64,000 bases of DNA. It comes from Vicugna vicugna. Lineage: Eukaryota. Location of the stretch: positions 10,500,184 to 10,564,183 of the forward strand of contig MU058844.1 in the NCBI GenBank assembly GCA_013265495.1. The letters are read 5' to 3'. The position numbers and the translations under genes were made by a program. The notes below the pieces were generated by a model that saw only the letters and a program-made list of their open reading frames with translations, was not told where the DNA came from and ran no database searches. Numbering within the stretch: the first letter of the stretch is position 1; each line of letters begins with the position of its first letter. Below, piece after piece: positions 1 through 12,750 of this stretch.

Positions 1-2559
1 GCCTGCAGTCATTTCCAACTTACAATGTATTGGACCACTGAGGTCTTAACCTTGGTGCTCAGAGTTTAGGAAATCCCCTTCTGGTACTGGCTGAGAGCAC
101 TGGAGTAACGTGGGGAACTTCTCTCAAGCTACCTGGCAAGGAGGAAGGCAGGAAGGAGCAAGCGAAACCTTCAGATTGAGCACCCTTGAGTTCACGGTTC
201 TCACTGGGGCCCGGGGAATCATGTGTGTTGTTCCTTGAAGAGAAATTCATGCAATCACCTAATACCTTCTTAGCAAAGAGAGAATTGAGATTTACCATTC
301 AGGAGTCTCGGGAATTAATAATATTTGTTCTTGACAATTGAGTTTCCCCTCCCAGGGAGGTCAGTATTTGCTCATTTAATAGAGCAAAATAAGTTTTCCT
401 TTAAAGAATGGGAAGAGTCACCGTATTATTTCTAACTTTTCATATTAGACCTACAGATTAAAGGTGTGGATTAAGGTACTAAGGCATGAGGAGGTAATGT
501 GGAGTTTTTCCAGCACTTGCTACAGGGTTCTAAGTACCTGTCTTCCACTTTAGTTGGCTGATGTTGGTGAAGGCTTCACTTGTCTGGATAGAAGGGAATC
601 ATGATGGTTTTTCAAACGTCTAAAACAGATGACTAGACCAGGTGATTTTATACAGTTCTTTTCAGCATTCAGATTAACGATTCCCAAGCAGCAAATGAAT
701 TTTGTCTTTGGTTAATTTTCCAGGTGCAAATCTAGTTAGTGGCAATCTCCTAGAAGTTTAAAGGACTTTTGACTGCTTCAGTAATACTTAAGTATTTAAA
801 AAAAATTGTTTTGTTACATAATATTTTCTATGTATAAAATTATACTTATATATACCATTATATACACATACATAAAATACATATTATACAGTGTTGATAC
901 AGGTTTGAAAAATAAGAAAATGGGAGTCACAAAGGTCTTAGAGTGGATGCTGTTCTAACAGAAAGGATACCATGATTTCATTTTCTGTTTTAGAAAAAAA
1001 GAGATGGTACCATTTCATTTGTTCAGTTCTGATTCTCCCTGATAACTGGCTTTTTTTGTTTTTACTTTTGGAAATTGCATCTTAAAAATGTAAATTTACT
1101 GGCTCAGGCACTGCTGATAATGTAATGTAATTCACTGAAAGTAATTGTTGCTAATGGGAAAATGGACAGATTAAATAAGCCACATTCTAATAAATGACCT
1201 TTTTAAAGGGTTCGTTAAAAATATGGACGGACACATGCAGATCCCTTAAATCTTTTTTTTTGAAACAAGATGTATGAATAAGGAAGCTTTGGAAGCACTC
1301 ACTCTGCCAAAGTTTAAAAGGGAGAAGGTAAAGATAGAAAGTCGCATTTCTAGTATAACCGCAGCTGCTCAGCACGGCAGGAAGAAGAGTGAGACATTTG
1401 TCCACGTCTCTGGTGACAGAGTTCTCTTTCCTCTTTTCACTGTCATAGTTTCCAAATTTTATTGAGCATATTTGTTCCTACATGGAAAAAGTCTCTTTGA
1501 TTGATTGATTGATTGATTGATTTAAATACTGGGTTTTTTCTGCAGTTTCCATGATTCCCAAGAGTTAATTCCAGTGGCATTTCTAGTGTGCTTCTGCCAC
1601 CTGCTGCTTTCCACAACCCATTACAGTGATCAGCCAAGAAAGAAAAACACTTGGCAAGGTGGTTATTTCTCTGGAGATGCATTCTAGTATAGGAGGAGGA
1701 TGAGAGGGAAACGTATTTCAGATCCATGGAAGATACACTGTTTATGAGAGAGAGAGAGAGACAGAGATACAGAGATCTTTCTACTAGATTACCTCACTAT
1801 TAAAATTACATTTTATGACTCGGACCTGCAACCTGGCAAAGGAGAAGAGTGGAGACCTTGGTTTTAGTGCTGACGACAATAAGCTCCTTAAGAAAGGTTT
1901 TAAAACATGTTTTGATACTTTCTCTCCTTCCCTGCTCTTTAAGCGTGTTCCCTCCGACTTATGCCTAGAAAGCTCGGGGTGGCTTGTTAAATGTTGTTCC
2001 TTTAAATTAAATTGCCTGCCGTGTTTCCATGACTCTTTCTCTCTCCACATTATCATTCCAGACAACATTCCATTTGTTCAGTGCCTCAAACTATTTCTAT
2101 GGTCTGCTGCCCCGGAGTTATGCTGAGCTCCAGAGAGGGGCGCCTGCCTCACCTGGAACTTTGGCCTTCCTGCTGGAGCGTGAACAAGCCTGATTTGGTG
2201 ACTTGTCTGAGGAACTCTCGGATCTTCCTCTTTAGGAATTAATTGAAACACTTTTGATTTTGAAACGGTAGTTAAAGAGCCTGGATGCAAATGACTTATG
2301 TTTGTTGTCTGGACAAACACCTGTGTCTAGGACGTTGGTGGAACAGTCTTCCCTGAGCTCATGAAAATATTAACAGTGCCAGGCCTGAGGCTGACTTGAC
2401 TTTTTTCCTTTGGACTCATGCTTGCATTGAAGAATTGCAATTGTGACGAAGACCGCAGAGTTACAACCTCAGAGGGCTTGAACAGTACAGAGAACACGTT
2501 ACAGGGCAGGCCAGGGGCAAGATTTTTTTTTTTCCTTTAATATATGTAGTCCCGTTGGC

Positions 2560-2715
2560 CCTCAGAAAACAACGGTGAGATTTGTGTTATCTTCCTCATT
2601 TCTCATTAGAGGAGACAGAGACTAGAGAAGACCAGGCTTACCCAGGGTCAGACAGCTGGGAAGGGTCAGGGCAGGGACCTGAACTCCAGTGTCTGCCTCC
2701 CAGTTCCACACTCCT
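2560..2715 (+). mobile_element. MIR SINE fragment
   Basis: Core-like text 'ctcatt...gaggagacagagactagagaag...ttacccagggtcagacagct...gaactccagtgtctgcctcc'. Confidence 0.65.
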
Positions 2716-2999
2716 CAGAGAGTCTACTGTCTTTCCAGTGCAGATGGCGAGGCTCTGGATGGTCATGGTAGTCAGAAAAGGGGAAGCAAGTCTGGACCAA
2801 AAGCAGGAGCGAGACATGCTGGGAGGCTCGCTGGCAGCCTGGGCACCTCCTCTCCCTGAGGAGCCTCAGGCTGTGGGGGTTGGCGGAGCAGCCCAGGTAG
2901 CAGGGATGCGCTTCCCCAGGCCCTGCCTGTCCCCCCGTGTTTGGTCAGTTCTGACTTGTGTCAGTGCAGCGACATCTCCTGGCTTCTGTTCTCCTTCCA

Positions 3000-3430
3000 C
3001 CTCCAGTCCAGCCATCACTCTGCAACCACGAACAGCCTTTCCAGAGAACAAATCAGACCTTGTTGCTCCTGAACTATAACTCTTTCAAAAGTTTCCTGTT
3101 ACATTTTGGATAAAGTCCAAATTCTTGAGCCTGGCAAGTTAGCCCCTTCTACCCTCAACCTCACCTCTCCACCACCACTACATCAGCTGAGGGGACAAAT
3201 CACTGTTTCCCACACTGTGCCAGGTGCTCTCTCCCCGGCCTGTTCTGCTGTGCCTGTAGAATTGCTCAGTTTTCCTCCTTTGTCTGACTTCCTCTTACTT
3301 CTCTGTTACAGTCTCGGCTTAAAAGTCACTCCTTTCAGAACACTTTCCCAAACCCCTTCTCCAGCTCCACTCCACGTGTGTCCAGCAGCACTTCATTCCA
3401 GTGTGGCACTCAGCACACTGCCTTGCAATT
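3000..3430 (+). mobile_element. L2 LINE fragment, continuing at about 4180-4270 after an L1 insertion
   Basis: L2-like pyrimidine-rich text; the 3' end 'cagtgcctaatgc...tgctcgattaatgtctg' lies near 4225-4265. Confidence 0.5.
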
Positions 3431-3436
3431 ACCTCA

Positions 3437-4140
3437 TTTTATTGAGATATAATTCACCTACCATAATATTCACCCTCTTAAAGTCTACCCAAGTCAGTGG
3501 TTTTTAGTATATCCACAAGATTATGCAATCCTCACCACTCTCTAATTCCAGAACATTTTCATCACCCCAGGAAAATCCCCACCCACTGAGCTGCTTCCCA
3601 TCCCCCTCGTCCCCCCTCCACGGCAGTAACTAGTCTGATGTCTCTCTCTTGGTGGATTAGCTACTCGAGGCATTTCACATAAGTGGGATCATACAACATG
3701 TGCCCTTTGTCTCTGGCTTCTTTCCCTCAACATCATGGTTTCGAGGTTCATCCACATTAGAGCCTGCGGCAGCATCTCACTCCTTTTTATGGCTGAACAT
3801 CATTCCATTGTGTGGATAGATCACATTTTGTTTCTTCATTCATCAGTTGATGGACATTTGGGTTGTTTCCTCTCTTTGATTATCGGGAACAATGCTTCTG
3901 TGAACATCTGTGAACAAGTTTTTGGCTGATCCCGTGTTTTCATTCTTGGCTGTGTCCCTCGGAGAGGAATCGCGGGGCCGTATGGGACCTGTCTCCCACA
4001 GCAGCTGTACCTGTTTGCATTCCCATCAACAATATACGACGGGTCTAATTTCTCCCAATCCTGGATATTTTCTGTTGCTTTTTACATGTTTTTAGACTTT
4101 TTTATTCAATGGTAGCCACCCTAGTGAGTATGAAGGTATA
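3437..4140 (-). mobile_element. Old L1M (L1MB/MC-type) 3' fragment
   Basis: Starts 'tttattgagatataattcac...'; contains 'ttcatcagttgatggacatttgggttgtttcc', typical antisense L1 3' end. Confidence 0.85.
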
Positions 4141-6420
4141 ATTACTTTTTAGCTGGCTGGCTTTTCTCATGACTAAACTCTGTGAAGGCAAAGGCTCTGC
4201 GAGATCTTGTTTGTTTTTGGACTCCAGTGCCTAATGCTTTGAGTCAGTGCTCGATTAATGTCTGCAAAATGGGTGCGAATCTTACCTATTTGCTTTGCTT
4301 CTATAAATCTAGGGAAGATAAGGGCTGGAATGGGAAAAGATGTTCTGGCTGCCAGGCCACACGCTCTTCACCAGGGTGCTGTGGGATTTTAATAACCACA
4401 CTAAGTAGATGATTCCAGGGCCTCAGTGGTCTCACCTGAGAAGCTCCGTGCGCGGAGAACGGCATGAGTGCCCAGGTCCGCAGCTCAGAATGGGGAAGAA
4501 CACACTCAGCTCTGCTGGCAATACAATCCCTGACTCCAAGGAGTCTTTCTGTTCCAAACACATCTTCTGAGGGCCTGTGGACAATACCCAGTGAGAAAGC
4601 AATTCATTCTGAGTGAAAGTGGAGAAGGAAAACGCAGAACAAAAGTTCCTTTCTTGGAAACAAACAGACCACGTTGATTACACATTCAGAAAAACACAGA
4701 CTGAAGCCCGGTGGTCGTGCCCCGAAGCAGCCCTGTTTAGCCAGGTTACAGCTGGGATCTTAGCTACTGCCTATCCTTCCCTCACTGTCTGATTTTATTT
4801 GTCCCTATGTGCCAGAGTCTTGGATTTGCCCTGGTGAGCTGGCAGCAAAGATGTGCTTATTCCCCAATTTCCTGGGGTGACATCCTGTAAAGAAGGGGCC
4901 TGTAAAAGAAAAGGTTGTGCCGCCCCCTGGGTCCTGTTCCTAGGGTGTGGGCGGCTGGTGGGGACCACGGTGCCACCTGCCACACTCTGGAATCCACCTC
5001 CGCCCTTGGTCAACTCTCTCCCTCATCAGGTTCTGCTCCTTCGGGAGGAATCTTCTGTAGCATTTTCTGCTATCTTTGTCCTTCTGCACTTTTTTCTCTA
5101 TTTGCCTGCTGTGACACAAAATGGGGCCCAACCCTGGGAGCTTCCTGTTGAAATGTCATCTTTACATTTCGGGACTAGTTTTTAGCTCCATCTTCCCTTC
5201 AGTACGTGTGGATGTGCTGAGAAACAATTCCCACCTGACTAACATCAATACCCTTTTCCTCTGTTTTCGTTTTCCCGGCACAAGCAGAGTATGGACTCCT
5301 CATGATCCTCTGAGGGAAGAGAACAGGAAAAGAGAAGAGAGACCTTTGGGAAAGTCTTAGGTAAACAGGACTGACCTTGTGTAAAGAGTGTTACTGTTAT
5401 TATATAGCAGTGAAAATACAAAAGATAGGGAGAAAAAAAACAATGTAGTAATCTTTGTCCAAATATGGCCCACTTGAACTCTGGATGGTATTTCAGCACG
5501 GTAGGAAAATTCCAGAAATCCCTCTGGCTGCAAATGTTTCCCTCACTTTATCTGCCTCTGCTGATAAAGCAGATGAGCTGGGTACCGGGAGGTATGGGTT
5601 GTTGGAAGGAGTACAGCCCGTTTGGGGCACCGAGATCCGTGCCTTCTCCTAGTTCTTTCCCACTCCCTGACCCGTCACTTCACTTACATCTTCCGTCAGG
5701 AGGTTAGTTTGTTTGGCTTCTTCAAATACTGATCTCAAAGAAGTCAGACCCTCGCCTGCCCCCTGTGCCTTGGGAGCACTGAACTCACAGGGAGGGGAAT
5801 TCTGCCCAAAAAAAAAAAAAAAAAAAAACCCATGGCAACTTTGCTTTCCTTGGCACACTCACCAGAACCAAGTCTACTGGGCCCGTTCACAAGCCCAGTG
5901 CCTCCAGCGGGGAGGAACATGTGGCTCTTGGTCCCTACATTTGCTCACATGACCCGTCTGCTCAGAGCTCTGACCAGTTGGGCACCCCTGCTTCTGAGCA
6001 AGCCAAACACTCGTAATTTGTCAGTGGAAATGAAACAGAGTTTTGTACAAAAAGGCAGTGCATGATTGTTTAACTCTGGCTCATTCTTCTGAAAAGTTCC
6101 TTTTGCTCTTGCAGAGAAGATCATATGAGAGAAGTTCCAAAATTCAGGCAGAAATTCAGAGGGACAACAATGCAAGCTTAAGCTCCAGCTTCTGGGCTAC
6201 ACGAGTGAGTGAGATGGTTGCAGACAGGCCAGAAACTTTGGCCCGGGCTGTCCGTGCTGCGTTGCGATGTGCATCTGGATAGATCCACCCCCCCGAGCTT
6301 GTTTATTTACCATGAGAAGGGAAGGAAAAGTTCAGAAACATCCTGTCACAGGATGTGCGTCTGGCCGGCCTGAGCCCTGCTCGGGAGGAAACCTGGAGCC
6401 TGTGCAGGATTGGTGGCATC

Positions 6421-6438
6421 ACTGCCCTCTAGTGGTCT
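6421..6438 (-). promoter_or_regulatory. CTCF motif
   Basis: Reverse complement AGACCACTAGAGGGCAGT fits the core CCASYAGRKGGCRS with no mismatch. Confidence 0.7.
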
Positions 6439-7688
6439 GTCTGAGGCATAGACGAATAAACTGCAGGTGTCCCCCCATCCCCCGGAAAATGTACCCCAGT
6501 CCACTCCCAGGTGGTGTGTAGGAGAGAGAAAGGAGGCAGGGAGGGAGGGAGAGAGACAGGAAAGGGAGAGGATTCTTGCCAGTGGAGCTCCTCTCTGAGG
6601 CTCCAGTGACAGGGCTGCTGAGGTCTGCTCAGGGCCTCAGTGAGAACATTTTTCCCCAAGGTTCCAGCGAGTGGTACTGGCTACAAACCTTGACTGTGGG
6701 TTTGTACTCAGGCTCTGGGTTCCTTTCCAGCCTCCAGAGCTTTACATCAGCTCCCCTTGGCCCACATTCCCTTCCAAGGAATTTATGCGATGGAGCAAAT
6801 TGTTGGACTGGTTGAATATTTCTCAAAATTCTAAGACAGTCTGAAACCCAGTGCTTTGATCTGCCACATCTCCTTTCCTAGGCCCCTTTTTAGCATTGGG
6901 TCTGAAGGCTTTCCCTGCCCCTCCTTTTCCTTCTCCCCTTTATCTTTCATAGGTGTTATCTCAATAAATCTCTTGAACTTCTAAAAAAAAAATACCAGCT
7001 GGTTGGAACCAGGTGTTGCAAACGTCTCCTCCAGACCAAGCTCCCTCTCTTGCCTCTGCCTTTCTTGTGTGTTTTTAGGTCATTCTCCCAAACGCTCTGG
7101 CCTCGCTGTGCACTTAACTTCGTTCTGCCTTCCCCCAGCAGAACTATGGCCCAGTTCCTCAGGTGCCTATGGGCAAGAATGTTCAGAGAGCTGTCTCAGC
7201 CCTTAGGGAATGACAGGAATGCAGAGAATTTCTGCACTACTTTTCAGACCCACGGGAAAGAAGATGGAGGGGGGAGGGGGTGGACCTTCACAAACACCCC
7301 AGATCACAGTGACCTCAGGAGAAGGAACCGATTCTGAAGCCACAGTCTCCCCTTGGAGTCCTTCCCTGACTGCTGACCTTGGAACAGTGGCCGCTGGGAA
7401 AGGTGGTGGCTGTGTAGCCAACTGCAGGCACACCACGTGACTGTGGCTCTGAGTCTTGACATATGGCTTATCTGTTGTGATCTCTTGGTTGTCGTCACTA
7501 CAGTAGGTAAAGTGAGGCGACTTTGTGACAGTCTTTCCAGGGTGGAGTTGTGGAGTACTGTTCCTGCGTCTGTGACATCCTGGAACTTCCCCCAGGGTCT
7601 CATTTCCTTCAAGAAAGGAGGAAAAATCTGGCAGGAGTTTAACTCAGAACTCTCACCAGAGTCCCACAGGCTCTCTATTCACACTCAC

Positions 7689-7796
7689 TTTTTTATTTGG
7701 TTATTTATTTTTTTATGGAGATACACGGGGATTGAACCCAGGACCTCATGCATACTAAGCACGCACTCTAGCACTGAGCTACATACACCCTTCCCC
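7689..7796 (-). mobile_element. tRNA-Ala-derived SINE (camelid vic-1-like)
   Basis: Reverse complement has GGGGAAGGGTG...TAGCTCAGTG-TAGAGTGCGTGCTTAGTATGCATGAGGTCCTGGGTTCAATCCCC followed by an A-rich tail. Confidence 0.85.
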
Positions 7797-7980
7797 TGTT
7801 TGGTTGTTTTGTAGTGTCTTGCACTTAACTCACATAACTATGAGAATGATCATCAGCCCCGCCCCCAGCCAACCAGTTTGTTGACAATCAGAAGAATCTC
7901 ACATAGGGGACAGGATTTGGGGAGTTGAGGAATGTTTTGAATTATTTATTGAGCCATTATCTTGAGTCATAGCTGGCTCT

Positions 7981-8112
7981 TTGTTTTTTTCCTTTTTTGG
8001 GGGGGAGTAATTAGGTTTATTTATTTTGTTATTGTAATGGAAGTACTGGGGATTGAACCCAAGACCTTGTGCATGCTAAGCATGTGCTCTGACCACTGAG
8101 CTACACCCTCCC
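7981..8112 (-). mobile_element. tRNA-Ala-derived SINE (camelid vic-1-like)
   Basis: Same tRNA-like head with A and B boxes, plus an 'aaacctaattactccccc' tail shared with the copies at 52.1 and 52.6 kb. Confidence 0.85.
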
Positions 8113-10639
8113 TGCTGTATCCTGCTCTTGAAGGTAACATTACCCTCTAACACTGCAGCCACCTCACACCCCCGCCCTGCTCCACCTTTGCCTCCATAAA
8201 CATCTCCTTGGAAACACAGATGTGTTACTTAGGACAGGTGACACTTCACAGTCAAGGAGTGCAAACATTAACATGGGTAACCAGCTTTGTGAGACTCTTT
8301 CCTTGTGTTACAGTATAAACATGAAAGGGTTTTATTTTTCCCACAGTCACTACTGTGTTCTGGCAAAACTCTCTTTGCCTGCTGGGTCCTTCATGGCATC
8401 TCAGCCCAATTCTATAAGTTCTCCGGACATGGAATGCAGGTAGAGTTTTGTTTGTAGCTACAGGCCTTCCTCAACAATTCTCCATACTTAGTGCCCGACT
8501 GCCGTCTGTGACATAGTAATATCCTGGTTCTCAGTCCTGGCTCCATACTAGATTCAGTCACTCTGGAAGTGGGACCTGGGTCTGAGTAGTTTAAAAAGTT
8601 AAAAATCTCCTAGTGATTTTGGTTCACATTGAGGGTTAGGAACATGACACGATCCATGGAGGCAGCACGGGGTCCTGAGGGCCAGCGTGGAGAATTACTG
8701 CTAAAGTGAGAGACATGCTGTGGGGAAGATGTGGTTCTCGAGCTGTGGCAGGAGGCAGCAGGCTTCTGTAGGAGTAAGCAGGTTTGAGGGATGAAGACTC
8801 TGTGGGGAGGGGATGCCCTAGAAGAGCCCTAGTTCCCCCAAAGTCTGTCTTTCTCGTCATTTTGTTTTTCTCACCATCGAATATCCAGTCTCACTCCTTG
8901 AAAAAGACTTACTGGAGTTTTTGCTCTTAAACCTTTCCTTAGCCCTGCCATAGGGCTGCACAAGGCACCGTGCCTGGGGCCTTGTTCAGACGTGGTCCTT
9001 GCCCTGTGACTTAGCAGAGAGCAGGGATAAGGGCAGATTTCTGCAAATGGTTATCAGACAAAGCCGGTCTCTTTGAAGAGGCTGAGCTCCTGCCTCTGAG
9101 AATGATTACTCCTTCCTCCTATGGCAGTTTTAAGTCCCCCTACCCCGACATCTAGCTTTTTCTTCTTTCCACGCCTTCCTTTTCACCTGCTTCCTTTCGC
9201 CTGGTGCTTTATAGTAAGCCCACCGGGTAGGTGGTTGACCTGAAAGTCCAGAGGAAGAGTGGAAACATCTCTTTTTTGTCTTCTTTTTAGGGGTGAGAAA
9301 ACTTTGCACTTCTTTCCATGTCTCAGTGACCAAGATTGGCTCCTATGTCCATTTTAGACCAATGACCAGTGAAGGTGATGGGCCTCTCACGGGCGCATTA
9401 GGCTGGTCCTGAGGAGCAGCGTGATATCGCAGAGCCAAGCACCAAGAGCGCTACACTCTGCTCCTCTCTCTCACAGCACTTTTCACATCACTTTGCAGTA
9501 TTCTCTTCGCTTGTCTGTTTGCTCTAATAAGTCAAGGATCTTGTCTTATTGATCTTTTTCTCTCCACGTCCTGCAGGGGTTTATCATCTTATTGTTAGAG
9601 ACAGAATATCCACTCATACATAAAACCCACATAGGCATTTCAAGCAGATGCAAACTACGTGTAGGCACACAGTTTGGTTCTTGAACTTGGGCACCCCAAC
9701 TGGATCGGCATCATGAAAGGCCACTGTAGCCAAGTCCACTGGAAATGCACTTTTGCTCAGCAGATGGGCAGTAGCTTTTCTGGTTTCCTCAGATCCCCCT
9801 GAAATTCTGAGACGCCTCCGCCTGTATTTTCCTCTCGCAACTTAGTCACGCGGTTGTTGGTCATTTGCCATTGATACAGTAGTAGGTACAAGGATTTTCA
9901 TAAAATCAGAGAGCTTCTGTGAGTCTCTTAATGACTAAGGGACTTCACTCTGTTTCCTGGAAGGTGCCTGCAGCTGTAGTCAGGCAGGCACTTGAAAGTC
10001 TCCTGTGATGCTCTTTCTCACTCCTTTTTGGCAGGTACGCCCCCATTGTTTGAGCAGCTTTTGTCAGGTGCTATTGATTAGGACTGTTTGCCAGAGCACA
10101 AAAGAGTTGGAGAGAGACCACACTGGAATAAACAAGACGCTGAACTCAGGGGAGCCTGGGAGAGCCCTGGGTGGCTGGGAAGAGGGTCGTGTACTACAGC
10201 ACTCAGGGCATAGGGGGAAGCACCTGTCAATTATAGGAATGACATATAAACAATTGTTTATAAAAAACTTTTGGAAAGTAATTCGGACAAATTGTCTTAA
10301 AAGGAAATAGATGCTATGTGGGATGATGTTAAAGAAGTTAGCTGAGTGCTAATATACTAAATAGTAGTGTAGTTATCTAGTTTGGAGCTTTATCTTTTTT
10401 CAGATGTAAACCCACAGGCCCTGCTAAAAGGATGGGTTTTGGCAGTCAGGTTTGTACTAACCCACACACCCCTGTCCCCCCAAGATTGCACTAAGGATGT
10501 GGAAACCGGATCTAAGCTGAAGTAATTAGATTTTCTTAGTTTCTTAATGACCCCAAAATGATGGTCCATTGATGTTGAGTTTGGTCCAGTGCCCCAGCTG
10601 GGTTTGGCTTCGAAGGGTAGAAAGCAAAAATTATAATGC

Positions 10640-11230
10640 CTCCACAAGATGGAAACTCCCTCTTCTCTCACATAAGCGGAGGCCATCCGGGGCTCCCATG
10701 ACAAGCTGTTTCATTGCCATCAAGGACCCAGGCTTCTTCTGTCCTGCTGCTCTCCCGTCTTTCAATGAGTGCTTCTAAGCAGTGGTGTGCTGGTAAACTC
10801 ATCCTCGGAGCGGGGACCAGAGGGCTGATTTGTAGCATTTGCCTGATGCCTATGTTGGAAATAGTCCCTGAATGGCCCATTTCAAGCTACCAGTGGTTTA
10901 ATAACCAGTTTGCAAAGTTACCGAACGTTCAGCATTCTTCTCTTCTGAGCCCATGAGCCAGCTCTAGCATACGCCTGCTTCTTCCTCATGGTCCAGAATG
11001 GCTGCCCCATCTCCAGACATCAGAACTGCATTGCAACCAGTAGAATGGAGGAAATCAAAAGGGAAGCAAACCTCCTCCTTTTTAAGGATATCTTCCAGAA
11101 GTTGTGCACAGCCCTTCTGCTTAAATCCCATGGGACAGAACTTAATCATATGACCACATTTACTTGGGAAAGGTATGTTTTATTCTGCGGTTCCATGTAC
11201 TCAGCTGGAATTTGGGTGTTCTGTTACTAA
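10640..11230. mobile_element. Old MaLR LTR (MLT1J/K-like), interrupted by a MER63-like element
   Basis: 'catcaaggacccaggcttcttctgtcctgctgctc' and 'tctgcttaaatcccatgggacagaacttaatcatatgacc' resemble old MLT1 LTRs. Confidence 0.55.
10780..10977. mobile_element. MER63A-like hAT MITE
   Basis: Begins CAGTGGTGTGCTGGTAAA; internal 'atttcaagctacc'; ends 'ctagcatacgcctg'. Homologous to 56176-56367. Confidence 0.7.
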
Positions 11231-12561
11231 AGAAGAAGAGGGTAATAAATTGGGGGGAGAATGAGTCTCTCACTAATGGTAACACCTGGTTCCACATAAA
11301 TGTCTAAGTTAATGAGGAGAGAGAAGCCCATGTTAAAAAGTTCATTTTCAGAGTGAGAGGGAATGGATTACAGCCAGCATGATCCACGTAGCTTCAGAGA
11401 GGGAGAAAATAGCTGCTTATTATTTAGATTTTAGGGTAATCAGTGATAATACCCCTTTCCCTCCTGAGTTGGAATCAGTGGAGAGGCAGATACATAAGGC
11501 AGAAGGAGATGAAAGTGTCACCTTTATTACTGATTAAAGAGTTTGGAGAACTTTGACCCTGCAGTAGCAAAGGGCTCACTAACTTCACCCCCAAAATAAA
11601 CTTCTGCACCTGTCCAAGCAGAGTTGAAAAGCTACAGTGCTGCCACCCTCCTTGCCCTCATTTCTCCCTGCCATAGGCACCTGCCCTTGACTGTGCCCTG
11701 TAGGAGCCCCCTCCTCCCCAAAAAGAGCAAGGGGCTACCCTAAGCATGTACTTTCTTCTCCCAGATTCACCCTTCAGAAAGTTAAGAGTGATTGAGGAGT
11801 AGGGAGAGAGGCCAGGAAGTGCCCATCCATATTAAAACAGGAGGAATAAGTTCTCCTGTCTAACACTTGAGCTCTTTCAGACCCGCGGAGGTTTAGCTAA
11901 TCATCCTGCAGTTGGGTTATGTGAAATCCCTCTGAATCCTCACTGCTATCTGTGTTTACTTAAACGGGCACAGATGGTTTCTCTTCCAACACAGTGGTCC
12001 CTAATGAAAAAGTATAATGAAGGGCTATCTTGGGGGCAGACACTGAATGCTGTAGGAGTTCCCAAGAACATTTATAAGAGAGGGTTGGAGCAGACAAAGG
12101 ATGTTTCCTGGAAGTGGTAAAACTTGAACACGTTCTTAAAGTCTGGGCAGGGTTTTTAATAGGCTGAGGGAAGGGAGGTGTTTCAATCAAGGGGAATTTG
12201 ATGGAGGAAACAAGAATCAGGGAGTGGACATGGCACGGTCAAGACGCGGGGAGGAGACCATAAAGGTTCTCGCTGTGGTACCTGCTGGAGAGCAGTGGGC
12301 AGTGGAGATGGAATTAGAAAGAAGAGATCTTGGGGACGCTGTCTGAGCAGCCTATCAGAGGAGCAGTGGATGGAGATGGAAATTTGCAGCCATTGAAGAA
12401 AAACAAAATACGGTATTTTTCACAGATTATTCTGGAGGAAGAATGACTCCTTGAACATTTCACGTGCATGGACCAACAGATCCCCTTGTTTTTGGTTTAA
12501 TCCAGTTAAATAGTCCTAATAAATAGCCCTGACTAATACCTTCCACTTATAGGTCATGAGG

Positions 12562-12750
12562 AAGTGACTCTCAGCCTTTTGTGTCCATTAGAATAACCTG
12601 GAAGACTTGTGAACACACAGATTGCTCGATCCCACCCCCAAGTTTCTGATGCAGTAGCTCTGGGTTGGGGCTCAAGGATTCTCACTTTTGGAAGGTCCTA
12701 GGTGCTGCTGTTACCGCTGCTGGTCCAGGAAGCACACTTTGAGAACTGCT
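12562..12750. mobile_element. MER5A hAT-Charlie element
   Basis: 'cattagaataacctgg...cacagattgct...tttctgatgcagtag...cacactttgagaactgct'. Confidence 0.8.
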
